From NCBI GenBank assembly GCA_032128875.1, contig JAVLKG010000002.1:800001-864000 (forward strand): a stretch of DNA of 64,000 bases, in the 5' to 3' direction. The notes under the pieces were generated by a model. It saw nothing but the letters and a program-made list of their open reading frames with translations. It was not told the origin of the DNA and did not search any database. The translations under genes and the position numbers were made by a program. Shown here piece by piece: positions 1 to 10,253 of the stretch; positions within the stretch are counted from its first letter, which is position 1; every line of letters starts with the position of its first letter. Source of the stretch: Candidatus Melainabacteria bacterium 17Bon1m (lineage in GTDB: Bacteria; Cyanobacteriota; Vampirovibrionia; Obscuribacterales; Obscuribacteraceae).

Positions 1-334
1 CCTTTGGGCACATCGAGGAAGATGTAAAAGCGCACTTAAGGACGACACCGGCGGTTTGTCTGACTTCAATCGTGCAATTGGAATTGATCCGAATTACTCT
101 TGGGCTTATCAGTGTCGTGCTATTGCGAATGAGAACTTGAATGACAAGAAAGGCGCGTTATCCGATTACAATGAGTGTATTCGCTTGGATAAAAATGCAA
201 TGCACGCATACATTTATCGCGCCCATTTGCGGGCTGAACTGGGAGACCCTCATGGTGCTTGTGATGACTACTGTTCGGCGATTCAAACAGGTGCCCCAGC
301 AATCCCTTTGGTTATCCAGAGCCTTTTTCAATAG
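1..334 (+). CDS. TPR-repeat protein, 5' partial
   Basis: Frame is open from the window edge; TPR motifs (DFNRAIGIDPNYSWAYQCRA, DYNECIRLD..AYIYRA). Confidence 0.8.
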   Translation, partial: LWAHRGRCKSALKDDTGGLSDFNRAIGIDPNYSWAYQCRAIANENLNDKKGALSDYNECIRLDKNAMHAYIYRAHLRAELGDPHGACDDYCSAIQTGAPAIPLVIQSLFQ

Positions 335-343
335 GAACTCAGG

Positions 344-1213
344 ATGAGTTCAACAAATTTCAATTGTGCCGCGGCCGTGTGTCTTGCATTAATCGCTTGT
401 TGTTTGTTTGCCTCTGATGGGCGCGCAAATATGGGTCGAATTTCCGATGGAGGTTCCGCTCACCTTCTGGGAGACAGTTCTACGGTGACCATGGAAAACG
501 AGGTCATCAATATTTCTGTTGGTAAGGATCTTATTAAAGCCGACTGTCAATTCACGTTTGTAAATCACGGACCAAAATGCACTGTCCGAATGGGTTTTCC
601 TGATCAGGTTTTGAAATGGAATGACAAAGCGCAGAACGAACCAGTAGGTGGCTTTCTCTCCTACAAGACTTATATTGACGGAGTGGAGGCAAACACGGAG
701 TATGTTCGCGCTGAGCAACAAGACAAGCATGGTGAATATAACTCATGGCACGCAAATGTTGTCACCTTTGAGGAAAATGGTACACACCAGATTCGAAACG
801 TTTACTCTACGCGTCCTAGTGTGCGACCAGTCACTCACAAACTCGGCGCCAAACTAGTTAATTACACCCTACATACGGGATCGTCTTGGAACGGGCCGAT
901 AAAAAGTTCTGTTGTTGGCTTCACTTTTGACAAGGATGCTGCATCCGAGCCACTGAAACCTGTGGATATGAATTCTTTAGACGAGGAAGAAAATGGTCTG
1001 CTGGATTGGAAACATGCCTCTCGAGGCACACTTTTGTACGAAGCATCAAAGTCTCCAACTGTGAGAGGAGCCACCATTCGTTTTGCATTTAGAAATCTGA
1101 AGCCATCAGAAAAGGATGATATTTCTATTCTTTATGGACGAGTAAGCGAGCGCGAAGCTGAGGAATTCGACAATATGGTGCACAAGGAAACCCAGTTGCA
1201 ATACTCGAAGTGA
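344..1213 (+). CDS. Secreted protein, DUF4424-like
   Basis: Signal peptide followed by AN..GG, MENEVINI, F.F.NHG, MGFP and Y.LHTGSSW.GPI motifs typical of DUF4424. Confidence 0.65.
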   Translation: MSSTNFNCAAAVCLALIACCLFASDGRANMGRISDGGSAHLLGDSSTVTMENEVINISVGKDLIKADCQFTFVNHGPKCTVRMGFPDQVLKWNDKAQNEPVGGFLSYKTYIDGVEANTEYVRAEQQDKHGEYNSWHANVVTFEENGTHQIRNVYSTRPSVRPVTHKLGAKLVNYTLHTGSSWNGPIKSSVVGFTFDKDAASEPLKPVDMNSLDEEENGLLDWKHASRGTLLYEASKSPTVRGATIRFAFRNLKPSEKDDISILYGRVSEREAEEFDNMVHKETQLQYSK

Positions 1214-1633
1214 TCTCAGCACTTGTTCAGCCCATTTTTTGATTGTTTTCCATGTAGATTCAGTCCTGTTGCGTTTCACTACATCACCTGTAAATAAGGC
1301 GGGTTGCTCGTCTACGTGTTGTTGATGTTGTTTGATCTTCTTTGATAAGAAAGTCTCTTCATTTATGAATGTTGACCCGATGCCACCAAAAGCGGTGATT
1401 CATGAACATCATTTCTTTAGATTGTCGCGATCCGGTGATTTCGGCAGTTTCTTGAAACTTACCCGAAACCGGCATTCAACAATAATCAATCGTTGTGTAT
1501 GCGCAACCGTCCACCAATAGACGAATCGAAGGCTTCATGACCTTCTTCAGAGGTGATGAAAGTGATGGAAACCGCATAGCAGACCAAGCAAAATCGAATA
1601 TGATGGTTGTAATCATATGAGGGTAAGGTCCAC

Positions 1634-2539
1634 ATGGTCGGATTTAGACCAGCGAGAAGGAGAGACCGTAGAACTCTAGTCATTATTGCTAGTGTATTTC
1701 TTGCCTTTTTCGCCTATTACCTCGCTGCTCAGTATCAGGTCTTTTCTGAACGAGTGCGGCTTCTACATGCCTTAGCAGTCAAGCGAGATAAGCGTTCTAT
1801 TCAAAAGGGACTGGCACAGATTTACGAAGATGCCGGTCTCTTTGGAGATGCAATTTCCTGTTACAGAAAGTCCTTGCCGCGTGAGTGGAGCAAGGGAATT
1901 GCTGATCACGACCTGTTTCCAGCTTGGGAGAGTCTAGAGAGACAGGTGCCATTTGATCCAAACCTACACATTGGATTTGGCGAATTTTTTGAGAGTCAAG
2001 GTATGCGCAAACAGGCGGCACTCGAGTATTGGCAGGCAATGATGGTTTCGCCCGGGCATCAAAATGTTGAAGCTGAAAGAAAGCTTGTCTCCGTGGCACT
2101 GCTGAAAACTGGTCAAGCTCGACCCACAACATTTGACCTCACTAAATTAGATAATTATGACCGGTGGTTTGATCGAGACCTCGTTTCCAATTGGCGCCCA
2201 CCAGCACACAAAGGCTTTCTTCTAACACGTTGTAGTATTCAACCAAGCAACTGCAATGTGGTGGAGGTGACCGGACCAAGCGGTTCTATTTTGCATGATT
2301 ATTCAGCAGTGACATTTCTGCGCTCAAAAGCTTGTCGTGATAGGCTACAAACCAACGACTGTTGTTTTATTAGCTACAGTGTGGCATTGATGTCAGACGG
2401 GGACGCCAAATTTGTAAACTGCTATGTCTATGGATTCGAATGCAACATCGTAGAAACGAGCCAATGGGAAATCTGGGAGTGGCAAGCCAGAAAATTGCTC
2501 CGCACGATCAATAGACGTCTTGGAATTCACAGTATTTAA
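1634..2539 (+). CDS. Membrane-anchored TPR-like hypothetical protein
   Basis: 301-aa ORF with an N-terminal TM helix after a basic stretch; helical TPR-like segments (LAQIYEDAGLFGDAISCY). Confidence 0.6.
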   Translation: MVGFRPARRRDRRTLVIIASVFLAFFAYYLAAQYQVFSERVRLLHALAVKRDKRSIQKGLAQIYEDAGLFGDAISCYRKSLPREWSKGIADHDLFPAWESLERQVPFDPNLHIGFGEFFESQGMRKQAALEYWQAMMVSPGHQNVEAERKLVSVALLKTGQARPTTFDLTKLDNYDRWFDRDLVSNWRPPAHKGFLLTRCSIQPSNCNVVEVTGPSGSILHDYSAVTFLRSKACRDRLQTNDCCFISYSVALMSDGDAKFVNCYVYGFECNIVETSQWEIWEWQARKLLRTINRRLGIHSI

Positions 2540-2609
2540 ACCTAGTGTACAGCCAGACGAATCGAAAACTTCATAGCTATTCGAATCGGAAGTAAAACAC
2601 TTCCCTATC

Positions 2610-2888
2610 TCATTTTTCCGCGGCGTGTGACTTTGGATTCGTTATTAATGTCGTTGCGTCGACCCACAATTGATTATGAATTCCGATTCCACGAATGCGG
2701 TAGCCAATGAGAATTCCATTGTCCCCAGATCGAAGGTCGAGGTGGTAAATGTTTTCCTCCTCGCCGCAAAAACTTCGAGCATCGAACGTGTAGAACTCAT
2801 AGTCGGTCTTTTTATGAAGTCTGGGCTTTCCCCAGAAGGCCTTGGCGTCACTTAGCGTAAGTGGTGCCCAGCCCTGGTTTAGCTTCAC
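2610..2888 (-). pseudogene. Probable 5'-truncated hypothetical gene
   Basis: Protein-like 92-aa ORF with an in-frame stop four codons upstream of its GTG, abutting the GTTGGGA repeat cluster at 2931-2965. Confidence 0.35.
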
Positions 2889-3151
2889 AAATGTAATTTA
2901 CGTCTTGTGATTCTCAAAACTTGACCTGAAAAGTTGGGAATTCGTTGGGATATTGTTGGGACGAGAATTTGGCCGTTTTTATCCCCACTTTTGACAAAAC
3001 ACGAGGGGGTTAGTTGGAAGGCAAGCCTAGATTCACTGTTGAGGCTTTGACAAGGGTCAAATGTCGGAGTTGGTTAAAGTGGTTCCTTGTAAAGGACCAA
3101 AAAGTTCAGGGTCTGAAACTTCGTGCGATGCCGACGGGTTTTAATACATGG

Positions 3152-3745
3152 TCATTCTTTTGGTGGAAGTTCCGATTTTGTTCTTTTGCTCGTGCCTGCT
3201 ACGGCTGGCATATCAGAAGCTTTGTTTTCAGGTTTTGATTTTTCGATGTTGTACAACATTCCACCTGCAGGAGCGGAGGGATCAGAAACACCTTCCTTCA
3301 AAATGACTTTGAACTCCTTGCCGTTCAGTCTAGCTGGATTGTGCAATTCGCTTTCTTTTGTTTTTAAACACTCAATGATGATGGTCTGTGAATCTTTCCA
3401 CCGAATGTTTACACCGTATGAGTTGTCGTTGCGACTTGCTCCATAGAGATTTGCTATCTGCAAGTTTCCTTCAGGTTCCGGTGAATTTTGATTTGCTTCT
3501 GATCTTGCTGCGCAAAGATAAATCCAGTAGCCAAATGAAGTTGTAGCACCACCATTTCGTTCAAACACGACACATTCGTATTTTTTGTCAGGCGATAATG
3601 AACGTGCGACTTCATCATGGCTAACTATGTCTGCGCATCCGAACGCGAGAGTGTTAGCAAGAAGGCTGGCGAAGAAAAGTATCGATTTATCCAGAACCAC
3701 AGATCTCAGAATTTTACGATTCAGAATGATCATCGCTTGAATCAA
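3152..3745 (-). CDS. DUF5412-like exported protein
   Basis: SPDKKY..VFERNGGATT motif after a hydrophobic leader. Confidence 0.55.
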   Translation of the reverse strand: MIQAMIILNRKILRSVVLDKSILFFASLLANTLAFGCADIVSHDEVARSLSPDKKYECVVFERNGGATTSFGYWIYLCAARSEANQNSPEPEGNLQIANLYGASRNDNSYGVNIRWKDSQTIIIECLKTKESELHNPARLNGKEFKVILKEGVSDPSAPAGGMLYNIEKSKPENKASDMPAVAGTSKRTKSELPPKE

Positions 3746-3749
3746 CTAT

Positions 3750-4073
3750 TCAGAAGGCTCGTCCGCGTACGCAAATCGGTATGTCACGTTCGTTTAATAG
3801 CTCAATTGCTTGGACTTTATTGTCGTCAGAAGCGTCTAAAAGCTTAATCGAGTCATCGGTTAGATGAACTTCAACTGGGCCGCCTGGCGAGGTTATAACT
3901 GACTTGATTCTCTTTCGATTTGGAGACCAATTCACAATGTGTTTGAATTCGGCAAAAGTAAGAGTTGCATTGTTGTGTTGCGATCCCCAAATGAGGCCAA
4001 ATAATGCGGACAACAGCATGAATGTCGCAGTTATTGCCAAAATTGTCGATTTCCGCCTGGGGTCGTTGATCAT
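3750..4073 (-). CDS. Small membrane protein, FtsH-extracellular-domain-like
   Basis: TM helix then LTFAEFKHIV...RIKSV pattern; no AAA+ domain. Confidence 0.45.
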   Translation of the reverse strand: MINDPRRKSTILAITATFMLLSALFGLIWGSQHNNATLTFAEFKHIVNWSPNRKRIKSVITSPGGPVEVHLTDDSIKLLDASDDNKVQAIELLNERDIPICVRGRAF

Positions 4074-4480
4074 TGCGGTGCCAACTTCTCATCTTTTGCA
4101 TAACTGTTCAATCAGTCATCATTCAGTTTGACACAAAAGTAAGATTCTGGCTTGCCTGGTTCTTAAAACGCTAGGCGATTTAGAGAGAGTCTCGTCGCTA
4201 TGAGGCTTTCGAGTCATTTCTCTGGGGGTAGTTTTCGAGCCATTCATAGGACACCTTTTTGCTCTTTTCCATAAGGGCTTGGTATGTTTATCTTTGAGCG
4301 GTTCTTTTCTGTTTCCCATTTTCCAGGCTGCCGCCACCAGGTACATAATGCGACCTGTGGCATGAAGTCCTTTCAAGTTGAGTTTGACCAAGCGATCTTC
4401 CATCTTGTTTAGTTTTGCCATTATGTCTCGCTCGGCAGGATGCATGAAGGCTTGGTCCATGTGTTTCAAGTATGTCTCAA

Positions 4481-4825
4481 TCACTTCGCGACTATATGCG
4501 TGCGACGCAATTCCTGCCAAGACTCGTGATAAAAACCAGGAGGCACGACCATGAATCTCATGTGGCTTTCACTTCGCAGTTTTAGAGTCGCTATATCGCG
4601 TCCCCAAAGGTCGGTGAGTCCAAGTTGCAAATTAATGCGCTCAATCCTCTTCTGGCCTTCTGGAGAAGAAAGCATCACCCTATATTGCGCATAGGGCAAT
4701 TCGACTGCTGTCCGACCAGGATCAAAGAAGGCACGAACTGACAAAGGTATGAAGAGCAAGATCAGAAGCAGAGTAAACCTCTGCAAATTGCTGGTGGAGA
4801 CTGTTAGGAAAGCACTGTGTGGCAT
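4481..4825 (-). CDS. Small membrane protein, probable paralog of 3750-4073
   Basis: TM helix then LPYAQYRVML.SP..QKRIERI, aligning by eye with the 3750-4073 protein. Confidence 0.45.
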   Translation of the reverse strand: MPHSAFLTVSTSNLQRFTLLLILLFIPLSVRAFFDPGRTAVELPYAQYRVMLSSPEGQKRIERINLQLGLTDLWGRDIATLKLRSESHMRFMVVPPGFYHESWQELRRTHIVAK

Positions 4826-5423
4826 GGTCTAAAGTTCCCAGAACTAGTAGCAAGAGAATCCAACAAATGTCGGAATCCCCAACTTTTCGACTGCATCATA
4901 GATTTTTCGGCCTTGTCCTTCGGCGAATACTAATCGCCGTTGTTTACTCTCAATTTTCAACTGCACATAGACAACATTGCCGAGATATCGTCGAGAAATT
5001 GAACTTCCCCGATTTTGGCCTGGGCTTCTTCTTTTGAGACAAGCATGGATTGCAATTCACTGAAAGAGAGTCGAGGTGTCAATAAATCATTCACGAATCC
5101 TTGGTAGATGCAGATTCCTGCATAGAGATAGCAGGTGACGTTGTTCCTCGAAAGCGGTTAACCCATTCGCCCGGTATAAAGTAGGCACAAACTAGCACAA
5201 TGCAAATGATTGCAGTGGTAATGAATCTGCTCAGGCTCAGTGGCAAGATCATTTGAAAACTCCATTCTCTGGAGTTCACTATGACAGCGTGCCCGGCCAT
5301 GAACACTCGGCAACACGCACCAACTTTGGATTTGTGGTTTGCAGGCACGCTTATAGTGGGCATCTTACGGACACTCATGTGGTCCTGCTTTTGTCGCCAC
5401 CCGGAGAACCATGAGATGATGAA

Positions 5424-5753
5424 ATGAGGCATGCGCTAAGAGGCGTAACTTTGAGATTTTTTTGCTACCTAGCTGTAGTGTTTGTTCTAGGGTGTGTAAG
5501 ACCAGCGTTGGGAGAGCCCACCCTAAGCGAGCTACTGGCGGAAGACGGGCCACGTAATTGGTCGCATGTTTTGGCAGCCGTATCGTCTGTGGTTTCTCTG
5601 GCTCTCGCTGGTGTATTTGTTTGTCGTACCAAAAGGTCAGCCGGGCTCAAGGCCATGGTGGCTGTCTGTATTGTCATCGCGGGACCGATGATTTGCCATT
5701 TGGCTTACTTTTGGCTATGCCAGCTCTTGGGTAAACCAGATTGTTGTTTATGA
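5424..5753 (+). CDS. Hypothetical membrane protein
   Basis: 109 aa with a signal-like N-terminus and two hydrophobic helices. Confidence 0.45.
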   Translation: MRHALRGVTLRFFCYLAVVFVLGCVRPALGEPTLSELLAEDGPRNWSHVLAAVSSVVSLALAGVFVCRTKRSAGLKAMVAVCIVIAGPMICHLAYFWLCQLLGKPDCCL

Positions 5754-5900
5754 TCTGCTCCAAATTTTTTGGACGGGACTTTTACCTGGTTTATGGTTCT
5801 GCGGCAGTGTGGGAAGCACGCTGTTCAGGGTATTAGGAGGCTACCTTAGCATGCGGTGTAAAATAGAGAGAAACGGCGCCAGTGCCTGCGACATTACTAT

Positions 5901-6491
5901 TTGGAGTATGCCTTTCATTTGAGTAAATTTGGACAAGCTGAAGTTGCCTTATCCCAATTAGTTGGCCTTCCGTTTTTGTACGCTGGTGCGGCCGGCACTC
6001 TACTTTGGGTTCATTTCGGAGACGAAGTTGAGATTCCAGATATGCGTGGGGGGGCACGCACCGTCGGAGCCTGGGCCCTGCATATTGATTGTCCATGGCG
6101 CATTACAGGATTAGACGGCGTTTTAACTGGTTCTGGTGACTATTGGGAGCCTCCTGCACTTGGAGAGGACGGTCGTGACGAAAATTTTGATGCTTACAAC
6201 GATAGAACACGTTTTGATGTTCAAATTCGAAACTTCGTTTCCGAGTTTCGTGGTGCGTGCGTAAAAAACATTGCTGTTGATTCTGCCGGTGGATTTCGGC
6301 TCTCGATTGGGCGTTGGAACTCCCTTGAGGCGTTTCCGGTAAATTCACAAGATATAGAGTGCTGGAGGCTTTTTCAGCCTGGTAATTCAACAGACCATTT
6401 CGTGGTAACAGGCATCGGAACAAGTGGACCTTGCACTGCTAGGAGTGAGACACATAATCAGGTGTATGCCCAAGAAGATAAAGAGATTTGA
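5901..6491 (+). CDS. Conserved-looking hypothetical protein
   Basis: 196 aa; globular composition with FG...GAWALHIDCPWRI...E.WRLF..HFVV motif string. Confidence 0.6.
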   Translation: MEYAFHLSKFGQAEVALSQLVGLPFLYAGAAGTLLWVHFGDEVEIPDMRGGARTVGAWALHIDCPWRITGLDGVLTGSGDYWEPPALGEDGRDENFDAYNDRTRFDVQIRNFVSEFRGACVKNIAVDSAGGFRLSIGRWNSLEAFPVNSQDIECWRLFQPGNSTDHFVVTGIGTSGPCTARSETHNQVYAQEDKEI

Positions 6492-6924
6492 TTCTGATGA
6501 TGTGAAAGCGCTAAAGCCTTGGTTACGCTTTCGACCAGACACGCTCTTTGATACAGAGCACCTTCTGCTTGCAATCGTAACTGAGAGGCCAAATTGCTTT
6601 GCCACGAAATTTCTTATTGAATTTGGATTTGACGCTGAAAAAGCGCAGGAGTATCTGAATGACATTAAAAGACTGCACGGAGAGCGGGATTATTCCTATT
6701 GGTGCGCGTGGGAGATAAACGCATTCTTGATTTACCAGCATGCAAGGGTTTTGGCAGGCAGACTTCAGAGCCCATCAGTTGATACAGAGCATCTTTTGTT
6801 GATGATGCTGCATCGCCATAGATGCGGAGCGTATCGATTCTTGGGAATACTCGGTATTCATCGGCAAAGACTTCAGAACAAATTGGTTCAGCATCTGAAG
6901 GAGCAAGCTGTTCTAAAAACTTAG
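6466..6924 (+). CDS. Stand-alone Clp N-terminal (Clp repeat) domain protein
   Basis: Two DTEHLLL motifs (FDTEHLLLAI; A..L.SPSVDTEHLLLMML); no ATPase domain. Start moved to ATG 6466. Confidence 0.65.
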   Translation: MPKKIKRFDSDDVKALKPWLRFRPDTLFDTEHLLLAIVTERPNCFATKFLIEFGFDAEKAQEYLNDIKRLHGERDYSYWCAWEINAFLIYQHARVLAGRLQSPSVDTEHLLLMMLHRHRCGAYRFLGILGIHRQRLQNKLVQHLKEQAVLKT

Positions 6925-6959
6925 TAAGGTAGGATGGGAGTGTTTTCAGAGGCAGACAA

Positions 6960-8021
6960 GTGTCAACATCGGAACCTTCAAAGACTTCGCTAATTATGAG
7001 AGCGCATGAAGGCGGCAAGCTTAGCCGCAAGCAGGCGATTCTTCTCGAACAGAAGATCGCAGCCGATCCAGAGGACTTGGATTCACGCGTCAGTTTGCTT
7101 GGCTATTATCATCGGTCGACCATTCTTACGTGGTCTGGATTTCTATTCTCATCGCTCCATGGTAAATCAATTCACCAAGATAAGTACTTGCAGCTGATTA
7201 GGTGGTTTGTCGAGAATCATCCAACAGGGAGCGAAGCAGGTCTTCCTGAGATGTATCCGCCGTTTGGTTTTGAGGTCTCATTCGCCAACACGTTACGAGA
7301 ACTTTGGTTGAAGAATATTGATGAGTTTCCCGAAAATGCAAGAGTTCTAGGCAATGCGGCATCATTCTTTCATCATACAGATCAAGAACTCAGCGAGAAT
7401 TTGGTTCGCAAAGCAAAAGATCTTCAACCAGATAATCCCTATTGGGACGGTAGGCTCTCACAATTGGACAGTATTAGAGCGGTTGGTAGGCCGGAACTCG
7501 TTCATTCGGCACTCGCGGAAAAAGAAGCAGAGATTGATAAGAGCGAACGAGTCAATCCATATGATCTTGGCGCCCTAGCGCAGCTGGCTTTTGCAGCGGG
7601 CGATGATGATAAGGCTATATCTGCAGCGCAACGCTTGCTTTCTGTGGGGAAAGAACGGAATGATAAACGCAGCGATTATGGAAATGCAGTGCACGATGGC
7701 AATTGTATTCTAGGCCTAGTTGCCTTTAGGAGAGGTGATGTAATTTCTGCAAAGGAATTTCTGTTGAATGCGTCAAAGTCTCTGGGTTCGCCATCGCTCG
7801 ATACATTCGGACCAGAGATGGATCTTGCTCAAGATTTGCTTAACCATGGAGAGAGACGCGTGGTTGTTAAGTATCTTTGGGGCTGTCACAGATTCTGGAA
7901 CGGTATTCTATCGACACCGTTAGTTTTACTTTGGATAACCGCCATCACTTTTGGAATAAGACCGAGGCTGAATAATGTAGGAAATCTCCCTGAATCTATG
8001 AACAAATCAGTGACTCAATAG
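6960..8021 (+). CDS. TPR-like alpha-helical protein
   Basis: 353 aa; YGNAVHDGN.ILG..A..GD...A, GSP.L.TFGP.M.LA.DLL motifs; paralog of 8985-10253. Confidence 0.75.
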   Translation: MSTSEPSKTSLIMRAHEGGKLSRKQAILLEQKIAADPEDLDSRVSLLGYYHRSTILTWSGFLFSSLHGKSIHQDKYLQLIRWFVENHPTGSEAGLPEMYPPFGFEVSFANTLRELWLKNIDEFPENARVLGNAASFFHHTDQELSENLVRKAKDLQPDNPYWDGRLSQLDSIRAVGRPELVHSALAEKEAEIDKSERVNPYDLGALAQLAFAAGDDDKAISAAQRLLSVGKERNDKRSDYGNAVHDGNCILGLVAFRRGDVISAKEFLLNASKSLGSPSLDTFGPEMDLAQDLLNHGERRVVVKYLWGCHRFWNGILSTPLVLLWITAITFGIRPRLNNVGNLPESMNKSVTQ

Positions 8022-8032
8022 GTTTTTTCAAA

Positions 8033-8569
8033 ATGTATTCGATACAAAATGACGTAGCAGTTGAAATTGACGACGTGCCTTTGCCTGACTCCGGTGCACC
8101 ACTCCCACATTTGTATGCGACTGAAAGTGAAATTCAGATTGCATATTATGTGTCCGAAAGCGACTCTCGATGGAAGGTGCGACAAGTAAAGTTATGGTCA
8201 GACTCAGATGAACTTGTCGCAGAAGATTGCTTTGCTGTTGTGACCTGCAATGCGATTTACGCGCATTTTTTTGGTCCTCCGAACGATGAGGCTTTCTCAG
8301 GGCACCCGCTGTCTGAAAAAGGTCTTCATCCATATGGTGTTTTTGAAGTAAGAGAGTCTTCTTGGATTCAAGCGTTGGCGAAAATGAACTCTACACATCA
8401 GAGTCACAGCCCGGAAGTATTCAGTCAGTATCGACACTTTATTATCTCGTTTCACGACTCTACGTTTGAGTGTGTTGGACAGTCGTTGTCGTTCGAAATT
8501 TTCAATGGGGACGTCTCAGAAGTCTTTCTTGAAATATTGAGACGAGGATCTGACTTGAGAACGACATGA
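8033..8569 (+). CDS. Conserved hypothetical protein (GPPNDEA..GHPL family)
   Basis: FGPPNDEAFSGHPL..KGL..Y..FEV..SSWI and HFI..FHDSTFEC motifs. Confidence 0.7.
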   Translation: MYSIQNDVAVEIDDVPLPDSGAPLPHLYATESEIQIAYYVSESDSRWKVRQVKLWSDSDELVAEDCFAVVTCNAIYAHFFGPPNDEAFSGHPLSEKGLHPYGVFEVRESSWIQALAKMNSTHQSHSPEVFSQYRHFIISFHDSTFECVGQSLSFEIFNGDVSEVFLEILRRGSDLRTT

Positions 8570-8594
8570 TCTTGGATGATCAACAACTGTTTTT

Positions 8595-8885
8595 TTAGCT
8601 CGCTGGAACCGGCGACAGCAGTACTATATGTGGACCAAATAAGGTTCGATAAAGGATGATGAGGAATGCCGCAACGATGCAGCTTAGACCCAACCCGATT
8701 CTGTTAGGTCGCTTGCGCATGTTGCGTCCCAACAGACCAACAAGGACTAAACTGAGTCCACCGCCGAATGCGGCAAATTCAAAGAGCACCGTAGATAATC
8801 CCAGATGTTCTTCTTTCACTGCCAAAACCAGCGCGATGATAGGCAGTATTGCGCACCACTTGTTCAATTTCATGGTTGCGCTCAC
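8595..8885 (-). CDS. Small three-TM hypothetical protein
   Basis: 96 aa, three hydrophobic segments. Confidence 0.45.
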   Translation of the reverse strand: MSATMKLNKWCAILPIIALVLAVKEEHLGLSTVLFEFAAFGGGLSLVLVGLLGRNMRKRPNRIGLGLSCIVAAFLIILYRTLFGPHIVLLSPVPAS

Positions 8886-8984
8886 CCGTGAAGTGCAAAT
8901 AGAGACGAGTTTATCCTAAGGTAGAGAGCAAGTGAGCGGATGTTGTTACTCAGATTGCATGCTTTAACGCTACTCTTGGGAAGC

Positions 8985-10253
8985 TCACTCAAATTCTTGC
9001 GCAAGCTGTTGAAGTTTTTCCAAATGCTGCTTTTGTGCTTCGTGAGTCCGAATTGCATATGCAATGCTTTCTTCCTTATGATTGTCAGACCTCTCCTTGG
9101 CTCTTCTTTCCCATGTATCTACAGCTTGTATTGTACGCTTCAGTAAATTGGCGAGATGCTTGTCCCGTAGTTCTTTCGAATTTTTCAAAGCGTCAAGCTG
9201 ATGTTTTATCTTGCAGTCGTCGTAATGCTCTCTTGCCGCAATGCTGACTATGGGATCTTCAGCATCGCGTTCTAACCTATAGCGAATTTGAAAAGCCCAA
9301 TCATTGTCTACACCGCATAGACTCTCGTGCGCGTCGAGATACTCAATGACGGCATCTCTCTCTCTTGCAGTCGCAAGATCTTTGGCAAGATCGAGACTTG
9401 GTCCAAACGATCTTGTCTGTGGCGTTCCAATGTCGATGGATGATAGATGCAAATGACGTTTTGCTGCGTCTATGTCACCATTCTTAAATGCGATCCGTCC
9501 AAGAACTGTATGCGCTTCATTCCACGCGTTTCCATAATTCCAATTGTCGCGATATTTCTCGCAAAGCTCGATTAGTCTGTTGGCGTATTTAGTGGCCTTT
9601 TCGAATTCTTTAGCGTCAAAGGCTCTTGAAGGCAGATCCGACATCTCACAGAAGAGATCTTCAGAGTCAGGACCTTGACAGAGTTTTTCCAACTCATCGA
9701 AAGCCTCTGATTCATGACCGTCCCAAAGCGAATATAGGTGTGATAGCCGTGACCTAAATTCTTCATTGCTGGGCGATAATTTTATCGCTGCTTTTAGGCA
9801 CTGTTCTGCTAGTTCTTTGTCCTTGATAATGAAATAGCTTGCGGCATTTGCTTGCACCTTTGCATTACGTGAATATTTCCTCAATTGATAAATCCATAAC
9901 GACTTAATCTGCTGATAGTCATCGTCCCAGCCATGTATTTGACAATAAGGAGTGCCCGCAATTGCATGTGCAGGATCGTTTTCAACCAACCACCTAATGT
10001 GGCGAAGCCTCTGAGCTTTTGCTTCTGCCCCCGGACCCCCATAGCGTCCAAGAAGAAGAATTCGCTTGTTTAGATCATGTGGATTATCTTGCAGTTGCTT
10101 TTCTATCTCTTTTGTCTCTTGGGTGGTCAGTCGCTGACCCGCCATCGCGATCTCCAAGCACCGATTGAATTGCACCGCAGGAATGAAACCTCCGAGCAAG
10201 TCTGTCGCTGAGTTTTTCAATGTGCTTCGGAGTTTACGAAAGAGATCTGACAT
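8985..10253 (-). CDS. TPR-like alpha-helical protein with C-terminal coiled coil
   Basis: 422 aa; shares IRW.VEN.P, NAAS.F, YGNA, G.P...FGP..DLA.DL motifs with 6960-8021. Confidence 0.75.
   Translation of the reverse strand: MSDLFRKLRSTLKNSATDLLGGFIPAVQFNRCLEIAMAGQRLTTQETKEIEKQLQDNPHDLNKRILLLGRYGGPGAEAKAQRLRHIRWLVENDPAHAIAGTPYCQIHGWDDDYQQIKSLWIYQLRKYSRNAKVQANAASYFIIKDKELAEQCLKAAIKLSPSNEEFRSRLSHLYSLWDGHESEAFDELEKLCQGPDSEDLFCEMSDLPSRAFDAKEFEKATKYANRLIELCEKYRDNWNYGNAWNEAHTVLGRIAFKNGDIDAAKRHLHLSSIDIGTPQTRSFGPSLDLAKDLATARERDAVIEYLDAHESLCGVDNDWAFQIRYRLERDAEDPIVSIAAREHYDDCKIKHQLDALKNSKELRDKHLANLLKRTIQAVDTWERRAKERSDNHKEESIAYAIRTHEAQKQHLEKLQQLAQEFE

Noticed and set aside
4119-4520. 133-aa minus-strand ORF, or frameshifted continuation of 4481-4825
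   Set aside because: No recognisable family and a low-quality C-terminus; may be a remnant but cannot be supported.
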